25,594 nucleotides of DNA from positions 1 through 25,594 of the forward strand of contig BTVV01000088.1 of NCBI GenBank assembly GCA_045863855.1. Direction: 5' to 3'. The notes beneath the pieces are model-generated. The model was not told the origin of the DNA. It ran no database searches and saw nothing but the letters and a program-made list of their open reading frames with translations. Shown here in pieces: positions 6,977 to 14,912 of this stretch. The translations under genes were made by a program, and so were the position numbers. Position 1 is the stretch's first letter, and each line of letters opens with the position of its first letter. Source of the stretch: Planctomycetota bacterium (GTDB lineage Bacteria > Planctomycetota > SZUA-567 > H5-PLA8).

Positions 6977-8014
6977 ATGGTCACCGGGAGGTACGCGCAA
7001 GCAGCCGAACACCTTCGCGCGCATCCAGAGCGCTGGCTGGTGACCGGTGTGGCGGGCTTCATCGGCAGCGGGATTCTGCGGCAGCTCTTGGATTTGAATC
7101 AGGAGGTCGTGGGGCTCGATAATTTCGCCACGGGCCGGCGCGAGAACCTGGAAGACGTGCGCGCTCGAGTGAGCGAGGCGGCGTGGAAGCGGTTCGAACT
7201 CCGGGCCGGAGACATCGTGCAACCGTCCGATTGCCTGCACGCGTGCCAAGGCGTGCGCTACGTACTGCATCAAGCGGCCTTGGGCTCGGTGCCGCGTTCA
7301 CTTCAAAACCCGCAAGCCACGCACGAAGCGAACGCCACCGGCACCTTGAACGTGCTGCACGCGGCGCGCGAAGCCGGCGTGCGGCGCGTGGTCTATGCGT
7401 CCAGCAGTTCCGTTTACGGAGACTCGGCCGAGCTTCCACGCGTCGAGGCGCGCTTGGGCTTGCCGCTTTCGCCGTATGCCGCCTCGAAGCGCGCCTGCGA
7501 GCTTTACGCGAGTTCGTTCACGCGAGCGCTGGGTTTGCCGACGGTGGGCTTGCGTTATTTCAACGTGTTCGGCCCGCGGCAGAATCCCGACGGCCCGTAC
7601 GCGGCGGTGATTCCGCGCTGGATCGCCCATCTGCTCGCCGGTCGCCCGTGCACGATTTACGGCGACGGCCAGTCCAGCCGCGACTTCTGCTACTTGGAGA
7701 ACGCGGTGCAAGCCAATCTGCTTGCGGCGATGGCCAACGAGGACGCGGTCGCGGGCGATTGTTTTAACGTCGGCAGCGGAGAAGAGTTGAGTTTACTGGA
7801 GTTGCATGCGTCTCTCGTGGAGGCGCTGCAAGCGGCGCGGCCTGGGTTGGCGCCGCCGGCGCCGCGGTTCGAGGCCTTCCGCGCGGGCGACGTGGCGCAT
7901 TCGCGGGCCGATCTGAGCCGTGCACAGGAACGGTTGGGGTATTTCCCCGGCGTATCGATACGCGCCGGCTTGAAGGCCGCGGTGGACTGGTACGTCCGGG
8001 AGCGCATGGGGTAG
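6977..8014 (+). CDS. NAD-dependent UDP-HexNAc(A) 4-epimerase, WbpP/TviC-like extended SDR
   Basis: Motifs include WLVTGVAGFIGS, GLDNFATG, HQAALGSVPRS, YASSSSVYGD, SPYAASK (YxxxK), LRYFNVFGPRQNPDGPYAAVIPRW and RAGDVAHSRAD. Confidence 0.92.
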   Translation: MVTGRYAQAAEHLRAHPERWLVTGVAGFIGSGILRQLLDLNQEVVGLDNFATGRRENLEDVRARVSEAAWKRFELRAGDIVQPSDCLHACQGVRYVLHQAALGSVPRSLQNPQATHEANATGTLNVLHAAREAGVRRVVYASSSSVYGDSAELPRVEARLGLPLSPYAASKRACELYASSFTRALGLPTVGLRYFNVFGPRQNPDGPYAAVIPRWIAHLLAGRPCTIYGDGQSSRDFCYLENAVQANLLAAMANEDAVAGDCFNVGSGEELSLLELHASLVEALQAARPGLAPPAPRFEAFRAGDVAHSRADLSRAQERLGYFPGVSIRAGLKAAVDWYVRERMG

Positions 8015-8073
8015 GCTGTATGTAGAGGCCGAATTCCGGCATGCTGCGGACGGGGCATGGGAGCGATTGGGCG

Positions 8074-8409
8074 ATGGCATTCGGCGCGACGTGCGACCGC
8101 TGCGGCGGCGATCTGCTGGGCTCCGACGTGCGTTACACGGTGAATCTGGATATCGCCCAGGCGTTCGACCCTATGGAAGTGGCGCCGGCCGAGCAGCGGC
8201 GCGAGATGCGCGGTGAACTGGAAGCCGCGATCCGTACACTGGAGGCGCTTCCGGCCTCCGAAGTGCAGCGCTTGTCGGACGAAAGCTATGCATCCTTTCG
8301 CTTCGACTTGTGCCCGGGCTGCGCGGCGGCGCTGCGCGATGAGGCCAAGGCCTGTTTCCGCGGACGCCAAATGCCTCGGCCACCGCAAGCCGGCGAAACC
8401 GCCAACTAG
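8074..8409 (+). CDS. small protein with a split CxxC…CxxC zinc-binding motif
   Basis: TCDRCG near the N-terminus and FRFDLCPGC near the C-terminus, with an acidic helical insert between them. The start could be 8041 or 8074. Confidence 0.75.
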   Translation: MAFGATCDRCGGDLLGSDVRYTVNLDIAQAFDPMEVAPAEQRREMRGELEAAIRTLEALPASEVQRLSDESYASFRFDLCPGCAAALRDEAKACFRGRQMPRPPQAGETAN

Positions 8410-8510
8410 CGGAATCGGTGTACACAAGTTGAAGCAGCGTACATTCTTGCCGCAAATAGGACCCAGGCTCGACTTACCTAAGACAGCGTTTGGAAAAGGT
8501 TTAGCCGCAC

Positions 8511-10238
8511 ATGGAAATCGTCTATTGCCGTTGTGGTAAGCGTATTACTCAAGAAGAGTTACCCCAAGCCCGGCAGTTGGAAGGGGTTTGGTATTGTGCG
8601 GGTTGCGTGGCCCAGTCACCTACGGGCGACCAGGAAGCCGTGACTGCACAAGGGCGTGGCCGTTCGACCGCTAAATCGTCCAAACCGCCCACCAGCGCGC
8701 ACCAGACGCGGCGCGGGCAGGTTGCCGCTTCGCGGCCGGTCGGCGCGCCAAGCGCCCAATCCGGTTCGCCGGTCCCCTTCGTGCTTTTAGGAGTGGGCGT
8801 ACTGGTTTTTGGCATTGGCGTGGCGATTTTCTTCTCCGGCGGCAAACCGGCGGAAGATCCGGCGCGAGCGCACGCACCTGAAGGCACGGCCGAAACCGTC
8901 AAGAGCGAATCCACACAGGCCTCCCCCACCGGTACGCAGGCCAAATCGGCATCTACCCCGTCCCCGGTCCCGGCCGCGACTACGCCAGCGCCGCCGGCTA
9001 GCACGCCGAGTCCTCCGGCGGTGGCGCCAGCGACCTTTCGCCCGCCGACGGTGAGCGAGACGGAAGCACAGTCGAAGTTCAATCCGTTGCGCGACCGTTT
9101 TGCACGCGCTCGGCAGGCCAACGATCTTAAAGAAATGGGTTCCGTGGTCAGCGAACTAGGGCTCATCACGCGCGATTACGACGGGACCGAGACGTCCAAG
9201 GCGGCGATGGATCTGATTAAGATCCACAAGGAACTGCGCGCGACGGAGGACTACAATACGCAATGCGCGGCGCCGTTCCGCGAAGCGACGGCGAAAGCGA
9301 CGCGCCTGAACGAGGATCTAGACGACATCCTCGACCGGGTGTTGAAGTTCGGCCGCAGCCGCAAAGATACCGAAGCGGGAACGAAGGCGCTGGATCTGGT
9401 CAAAAACTGGCGCGAACAGTCCGCTCAACAGTGGTGGGACCGCCTAAAGGGCAAATTGGAGAGCGACGAGCCCAAGCAGGCGGCGCTGGTCGAGGCCGGG
9501 ATCTTGAACCGCGAGTTTTCGGGTACGCCCGGAGCGGGTGAAGCGGTCAAGCAATTCCGGGTGATCCATCAGAAGCTGCTCGACAAGCAAGGCCCTTCCG
9601 CCTGGCTGCATATGCTAAAAGACGTGGTCCTGGCGCCGGGTACGCGCGAATTGCGCGGCGCAATTCAGGCCATTCACACCTACAAAGGCGCACAGATCGC
9701 GCCGCCCGATGCGCGGCTGGACGAATTGCAGGCCGAAGCGTACAAGGCGCTGATGCAGTCCTTGGCTCCGCGCGACCGTTCGAAGGAACTCTTCAAAATT
9801 CCCCAGGCGCACCGGTTGGGCGAATGCTTCAGCCCCCTCGATGGCTCCCAGCTCAAGAAGGAAAAGGAAGGAGAGACGCAGGTAGCCGCGGTTACCTCCA
9901 AGGCCGGCCAGGCCGGGATTCAAATATTGTATCCGACCAGTTTTGCCGAAGAGCAGGCGATCTTTAAGGTGGAGTTCAAGTCGAACGGCTTGAAGCGAGT
10001 TTTCCTGCGTCTATTCAGCAGCACGCACCAGCAAGTCTTCGAGCATGAACTGAAAGACCCAAAGGGGAGCGCCTGGAATACCGCCACGGTGGAGTTGTCC
10101 AAGGTCAAGCACGACGGGTTGACGCTGCGCAACGCCTGGATCGGGCTTTTGATCCTGGAAGGCGAAAAGTCCGATCCGAGCAAAGAGGACGCGTCGCTCT
10201 TGATCAAGTCCGTTGAGCTAACGTCCGGCCGAAAGTAG
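8511..10238 (+). CDS. single-pass membrane protein: N-terminal Zn ribbon, TM, Pro-rich linker, helical repeats, beta-rich C-terminal domain
   Basis: MEIVYCRCGKRI…WYCAGC, then the TM segment VPFVLLGVGVLVFGIGVAIFF and a P/A/S/T-rich linker. The C-terminus has alternating beta-strand patterns (IFKVEFK, WNTATVEL, LLIKSVEL). Confidence 0.8.
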   Translation: MEIVYCRCGKRITQEELPQARQLEGVWYCAGCVAQSPTGDQEAVTAQGRGRSTAKSSKPPTSAHQTRRGQVAASRPVGAPSAQSGSPVPFVLLGVGVLVFGIGVAIFFSGGKPAEDPARAHAPEGTAETVKSESTQASPTGTQAKSASTPSPVPAATTPAPPASTPSPPAVAPATFRPPTVSETEAQSKFNPLRDRFARARQANDLKEMGSVVSELGLITRDYDGTETSKAAMDLIKIHKELRATEDYNTQCAAPFREATAKATRLNEDLDDILDRVLKFGRSRKDTEAGTKALDLVKNWREQSAQQWWDRLKGKLESDEPKQAALVEAGILNREFSGTPGAGEAVKQFRVIHQKLLDKQGPSAWLHMLKDVVLAPGTRELRGAIQAIHTYKGAQIAPPDARLDELQAEAYKALMQSLAPRDRSKELFKIPQAHRLGECFSPLDGSQLKKEKEGETQVAAVTSKAGQAGIQILYPTSFAEEQAIFKVEFKSNGLKRVFLRLFSSTHQQVFEHELKDPKGSAWNTATVELSKVKHDGLTLRNAWIGLLILEGEKSDPSKEDASLLIKSVELTSGRK

Positions 10239-10282
10239 GGTTGCAGAAGTTTATGCGGCTCAGCGCGAGCCCTTTCCTAGCG

Positions 10283-10311
10283 TTCCCATCGAGACTTCCG
10301 GCGAGTATAGT
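10283..10311 (+). promoter_or_regulatory. candidate sigma70 promoter
   Basis: TTCCCA-17 nt-TATAGT, about 70 nt upstream of the ATG at 10380. Confidence 0.4.
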
Positions 10312-10379
10312 AGGGCGCTTTCCCCAAGCCGCCGCGAGCGAATGCGGGCGGATAGAAATGGTTGCGAGAGGAGCTGTTC

Positions 10380-11609
10380 ATGCGCCGGTTGAGTGTGTTC
10401 GTTGGGATGGTGTCGGCCGGGATGCTTGCGCTGATGGCGTGGACGGCGCAGGCGGCGGGCGAAGCGGAAGCTCCGGCGGCCGAGGCCGCTCCTGCGCGCG
10501 GCGGCCTGTACGTCGACCCGTACAAGAATCCACTCTATGCGACTCTGAACGCCTTCCTGATGGGCGCTCCGGATATCGCGGGCGAACAGAAGATCAAGCT
10601 CGAGGTGGAAGGTTTCAAAGGCAAGCTGGAGGTCCGCGCGCTCTTGCAGGACAAGCCCGCGCCGCTGGCGGTGGTGCTGCTGGGCGGGGACGGAAAGTCG
10701 GCGTGGCCGCTGGGCCGGCTCTTCCCGTACTGGATTAACGAAGGCCTGCATTGGAACGTGCTTTACTTTGACGCGACGTTTCGTCCGAACATGGTCAAGG
10801 ATCTGCGCACGGGCGTGACCGGCAACTTCGACCACGAATGCGAAAACATCTCGAAGATCGTCGCGGCGTTCCTGAAGCACAAGGAAGTGCAGGGCAAGGT
10901 GACGGATGTGGGTGTAGTGGGCTACAGCCTGGGGGCGACGCAGGCGATGGTTCTCGCGCGCATGGCCGCCGACGGGAAGTTGCCGTTCGAGCTGAAGGCC
11001 GCGCTGGGATTCTCGCCGCCGGTGCGCTTGCAGCACACCGCGCGGATTCTGGACAACTTCTACAAGATGGACCGCTTCAAATTCACGCGCGTCGAGATGG
11101 GCCTGGCGATCATGAATCACGATCCGGTGGAGCCGGGCCAAGCGATCCCGTTCGACGACGATTTCATGCGCGCGGGCATCGGGACGGTGATCCGCGACGA
11201 GTTCACCGAGATCGTGGACCAGAACGACTACCTCTTCCGCCTGAAGCATATTCCGTTCCAGGAAGACCTCCCGGCCGGCCAGAACCGCAACGAGATGGCG
11301 CGGGCCTGGGGTTTCACGCGCTTCATGGAAGAGATGTGCTTCCCGTACTGGCAAAAGAAGGGCGCGTTTAAAACGGTCGACGAAATGTGGGCCGTAGGCG
11401 ATATGACGCGCGTGATGACGAAGCTCCCGCCGTACGCCCGCGCCGTAGTCTGCAAGGACGATCCGTTCTGCGAACCCGGCGACGTGGACGCGCTGGTCGC
11501 CGCGGTGGATGCGAAGCATCTCGTGCTGCCCGAGACGGGCGGCCATTTGGGTTACTTCGGTTCGCGCTGGTGCTTCGACCAGCTCGCGACGATGTTCCGG
11601 ACGCGCTGA
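10380..11609 (+). CDS. secreted alpha/beta-fold hydrolase
   Basis: Signal peptide MRRLSVFVGMVSAGMLALMAWTAQA. The nucleophile elbow is GYSLG, with a candidate Asp in CKDDPF and His in GGHLG. A GAGGAG RBS precedes the ATG at 10380. Confidence 0.85.
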   Translation: MRRLSVFVGMVSAGMLALMAWTAQAAGEAEAPAAEAAPARGGLYVDPYKNPLYATLNAFLMGAPDIAGEQKIKLEVEGFKGKLEVRALLQDKPAPLAVVLLGGDGKSAWPLGRLFPYWINEGLHWNVLYFDATFRPNMVKDLRTGVTGNFDHECENISKIVAAFLKHKEVQGKVTDVGVVGYSLGATQAMVLARMAADGKLPFELKAALGFSPPVRLQHTARILDNFYKMDRFKFTRVEMGLAIMNHDPVEPGQAIPFDDDFMRAGIGTVIRDEFTEIVDQNDYLFRLKHIPFQEDLPAGQNRNEMARAWGFTRFMEEMCFPYWQKKGAFKTVDEMWAVGDMTRVMTKLPPYARAVVCKDDPFCEPGDVDALVAAVDAKHLVLPETGGHLGYFGSRWCFDQLATMFRTR

Positions 11610-11703
11610 CGGTTCGAGCAGGCAGATCTCCTGTTGTCCGGGCCGTGCGTTGTCCGGCCCGTTGCCCCGCCGGACTTCAATCCCCACCACTAAGGAGCAT
11701 CCC

Positions 11704-13137
11704 ATGGCTCGCCGCGCCTTCGAGGTATTAACGGGACTCACGCCGCACGGGGTGATCCAGGTCGATGCTGGCGGTTTGGCCGCAGCTATATTGACCGGGC
11801 GCTGCGTGCACGCCGGCCGGATCGAAGCCCGCGTCATGCAGGGCAAGGACGAACGGCTCGGCTGGCGCGAGATCGCCACGACGCCTGGGGGAGAAGAGCC
11901 GTTTCGCGGGACGCTGGGGGGCCTTCCGGCAGGCGGCCCGTACAACGTTGAATTACGGGTGATGGGCGAAAACGCGGCCGAACTGGGCGGTACGCAGGTC
12001 AAGCAGGTTTACGCCGGCGATCTGTGGGTGCTGGCCGGTCAGTCGAACATGCAGGGCATCGGCGATCTGGACGAACGTGTGGAGACGCCGCATAAGAGCG
12101 TGAAGTGCTACGCGATGCGCGAAGAATGGGAGACGGCGACGGAGCCGCTGCACCCGCTGATCGAGTCGATCGATCCGGTGCATTGGAGCTGTACGCCCGA
12201 GGACCGTCCGCGGCTGGTGGAGGAAGCGCGCAAAACGCGCACCAAAGGCGCGGGGTTGGGAATCACCTTTGGGAAGGAACTCGTCAAGCGCCGCGGTTAC
12301 CCGATCGGCCTGATTCCGTGCGCGCACGGCGGGACTTCGATGAATCAGTGGAGTCCCGACAAGAAGGGCGAAGGCGGGCGTTCGCTGTACGGGAGCTTGC
12401 TGCGCCGCGTGGCGGCGTGCGGCGGAAAGGTGAAAGGCGTGCTCTGGTATCAGGGCGAAAGCGAATGCGGTCCGCAGTCGGTGGCGGTCTTCGCCGAGAA
12501 GTTCGCGAAGCTTGTCGCCGCGCTGCGCGAAGATTTGCAGGCTCCCGATCTGCCATTCCTGTATGTGCAGATCGGGCGTTTCGTGCGCGACGGCGTGGAC
12601 GGCGCGAGCTGGAACGCGATTCGCGAACTGCAGCGCCAGGCGGAGTCGTCCATTCCGAATGCGGGCATGGTTTCGGCCATCGATCTGCCCCTGGACGATG
12701 CGATTCACATCAGCACCGACGGATTGAAGCGGCTGGGCAAGCGCATGGCCGATGCGGCCTGCCGTTCGGTATACGGCGAGGCGGGGATCGAGACCGGTCC
12801 GCGGTTGAAAGAGGCGTACTTCTCGAATTCCGCGCGCACGCGCTTGAAGCTCGTCTACGAAGGCGTGCACGAAAAGCTGGTTTCGCCGCGCCGCGTCGGC
12901 GGCTTCTCGATTCACGACGCTTCCGAAAAGCCGATTCTGGCGATCTTCGACAGTTACGTCGAGCCCGCGCAGCCTTGTGCGGTGACGCTCAAGCTGGAAC
13001 CCGCACCGCCGCCGGGCGCGGCGCTGTACTACGGAGCGGGCGTGGAGAGTTTCGCGACCCTGACCGATGCGCGCGATCATGCCGCGTTTGCGTTCGGGCC
13101 GCTGAAGTTGGACGGCGTGCCGGTTCGGGAAGGGTAA
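11704..13137 (+). CDS. sialate O-acetylesterase / SGNH carbohydrate esterase (SASA, DUF303-type)
   Basis: Motifs GDLWVLAGQSNMQG, AHGGTSM, GVLWYQGES and DDAIH. An AAGGAG RBS precedes the ATG at 11704; the ORF track start at 11509 overlaps the upstream gene. Confidence 0.9.
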   Translation: MARRAFEVLTGLTPHGVIQVDAGGLAAAILTGRCVHAGRIEARVMQGKDERLGWREIATTPGGEEPFRGTLGGLPAGGPYNVELRVMGENAAELGGTQVKQVYAGDLWVLAGQSNMQGIGDLDERVETPHKSVKCYAMREEWETATEPLHPLIESIDPVHWSCTPEDRPRLVEEARKTRTKGAGLGITFGKELVKRRGYPIGLIPCAHGGTSMNQWSPDKKGEGGRSLYGSLLRRVAACGGKVKGVLWYQGESECGPQSVAVFAEKFAKLVAALREDLQAPDLPFLYVQIGRFVRDGVDGASWNAIRELQRQAESSIPNAGMVSAIDLPLDDAIHISTDGLKRLGKRMADAACRSVYGEAGIETGPRLKEAYFSNSARTRLKLVYEGVHEKLVSPRRVGGFSIHDASEKPILAIFDSYVEPAQPCAVTLKLEPAPPPGAALYYGAGVESFATLTDARDHAAFAFGPLKLDGVPVREG

Positions 13138-13144
13138 GTCGCGG

Positions 13145-13591
13145 TTACTCGGGTTCGGCGCCGGGGCCTTTGCCGGCCACTACGTCGTCGATGGTCTGGA
13201 TGACCTTCTTGAACTCTTCGAGCACCTTCTGCATGGCCGCGGCGTCGCCCCGATGAAAGGTACGGCCTTGCATACGGTCGTTTCCGTTCAGGAAGAGAAT
13301 CAGGGGGCTGGACTCGAACTCGCGGCTGAGCCGGAAATTCTTGTTGTTGCTCTCGGCCGAGAAGATCCCGCCGCGTTCGAGGTTCGAAGCGGCGAGCGAT
13401 TCGAGTTCCTGCAGCAGCGCTTTGGCGCCTTCGTGGTCGGTCAGGTACGCGGCGGCGGTGTAGCCGCGGTCGTTGCCGTAAAACTGGAGCCGCACCTTCT
13501 TGCCGTCGGGCGTGGTGTAGCCGTTCAACACATCGCCTTCGAAGACGGTGTTGCCGGAACCGGTCGCCGCCGGAAAAGCCTTGAACGCCAT
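13145..13591 (-). CDS. hypothetical protein with an internal duplication (two GNDR motifs)
   Basis: Host-like codon bias with a GGAG RBS, and it fills the gap between two + strand genes. LQFYGNDR…AKALLQELE resembles LFLNGNDR…AMQKVLEEF. Confidence 0.8.
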   Translation of the reverse strand: MAFKAFPAATGSGNTVFEGDVLNGYTTPDGKKVRLQFYGNDRGYTAAAYLTDHEGAKALLQELESLAASNLERGGIFSAESNNKNFRLSREFESSPLILFLNGNDRMQGRTFHRGDAAAMQKVLEEFKKVIQTIDDVVAGKGPGAEPE

Positions 13592-13669
13592 GTCTGGTAC
13601 TCCGCGAGCTAGGTGTCCGTAGAAGGCCTATAGGTATATCCTGGCGGCGGGGCTTGGCTAGCGGAGGCA

Positions 13670-14674
13670 ATGGGATTGCGTAAGCGCAGGCCGCTGATCG
13701 TGGACACCGACCCGGGGTTGGACGACGCGCTGGCTTTGGCTGTCTGCGCCGGTTCGCCGGAGTTGGACTGGCGCGCGGCGCTGGCGGTGGGCGGGAACGT
13801 TCCGCTCGCGCGCACCTTTGCGAACCTGCGTGCGCTGCTCGCGCTGCTGGACCGCCCGGAGGTGCCGGCGGGGCGCGGGCTGGAACCGCGCCGAGGACTG
13901 CATGCGCCGGAGGTTCACGGCGGCGACGGATTGGGCGGGTATGCCTCCCGTTTGCCCCGCGCGTCCGGCCGAACCGAGGCGTGGCGAGTGCTTTTGCGTA
14001 CGGCGTTGCGCGCCGTACCGGACGCGTCCGTCGAACTGCTCACGCTGGGCCCGCTTACTAATCTGGCGGCCTTTCTGGACCGCGACGATGCGCTGCTACG
14101 CCAAAAGGTTCGCCGGCTTACGCTCATGGGCGGCGCGCTCTTCGATGCCGGCAACGTCGCGCCGCAGATCGAGTTCAATATCGCTTGCGATCCGCGCGCG
14201 GCGCGCGCGGTGCTTCGAAGCGGGGTGCCGCAGCGCTGGGTGCCGCTGGACGTGACGCATCGCGTAACCTTTGGCCTTGCGGAAGCGCGAAAACTGGAAC
14301 GCTTGCGTACGCCGCGCGCTCGCGCGCTGGCGCATTTCGTCCGCGCGCTGGTGGTATTTCAGGACGGGATCGGTCCGGCGCCGCGATCCGGATTCGGCGC
14401 GCCGTTTCCCAAGGCTGGCTCAACCGGTGGGCATACCTTTATTCACGACGCGTTGGCGGCCTGCTCGATCCTGCGCCCCGAATTCTTTACGTGGCGGCGT
14501 ATGGCGCTGGAGACCGTCGAAGCGGGCCGTGCCGCGGGTCTATGGGTTTCGGATCGCCGGCCCACGAGACGCGTGGCGGCCTTGGGCTGGCCCGTGGTTG
14601 AAGTGGCGCTGGACGTCCAAAGCTCGGCCGCTCGAAGTTGGATTCTGGAACGAATCTTGAAGAGCTGCACCTGA
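13670..14674 (+). CDS. nucleoside hydrolase (IU-NH family)
   Basis: Motifs IVDTDPGLDDALAL, GGNV, VHGGDGLG, TLGPLTNLA, LMGGA, EFNIACDP, PLDVT and HDALAA. A GGAGG RBS is present. Confidence 0.92.
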   Translation: MGLRKRRPLIVDTDPGLDDALALAVCAGSPELDWRAALAVGGNVPLARTFANLRALLALLDRPEVPAGRGLEPRRGLHAPEVHGGDGLGGYASRLPRASGRTEAWRVLLRTALRAVPDASVELLTLGPLTNLAAFLDRDDALLRQKVRRLTLMGGALFDAGNVAPQIEFNIACDPRAARAVLRSGVPQRWVPLDVTHRVTFGLAEARKLERLRTPRARALAHFVRALVVFQDGIGPAPRSGFGAPFPKAGSTGGHTFIHDALAACSILRPEFFTWRRMALETVEAGRAAGLWVSDRRPTRRVAALGWPVVEVALDVQSSAARSWILERILKSCT

Positions 14675-14760
14675 TATTGCCCCAATGCGCTGGTGCAACC
14701 CGGGTTTAGAAGTGCGGATGGAGGTTCGTGGAGTGCTGTAAAGTGGGTCTGTGCGTTGCC

Positions 14761-14789
14761 TTGGTAATTCGCACCGGATAACGTATCTT
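14761..14789 (+). promoter_or_regulatory. candidate sigma70 promoter
   Basis: TTGGTA-17 nt-TATCTT in the intergenic region ahead of the 14913 gene. Confidence 0.45.
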
Positions 14790-14912
14790 AAAGCTACGGA
14801 TGAGCCGGTCGCGTGGGGTGCGTAAGGGGAAGCGCGGCGTGGTCTCTGCGGCGTCGCGGCCCGGTTCTTTACGAACCGCGGTTACGGCTATGCGTTAAGA
14901 CGAAAGGCCCAC

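Noticed and set aside
10260..13256. Long ORFs 10260-12002 (-), 11953-13080 (-) and 12105-13256 (+)
   Set aside because: They are antisense or off-frame shadows of two motif-supported esterase genes.
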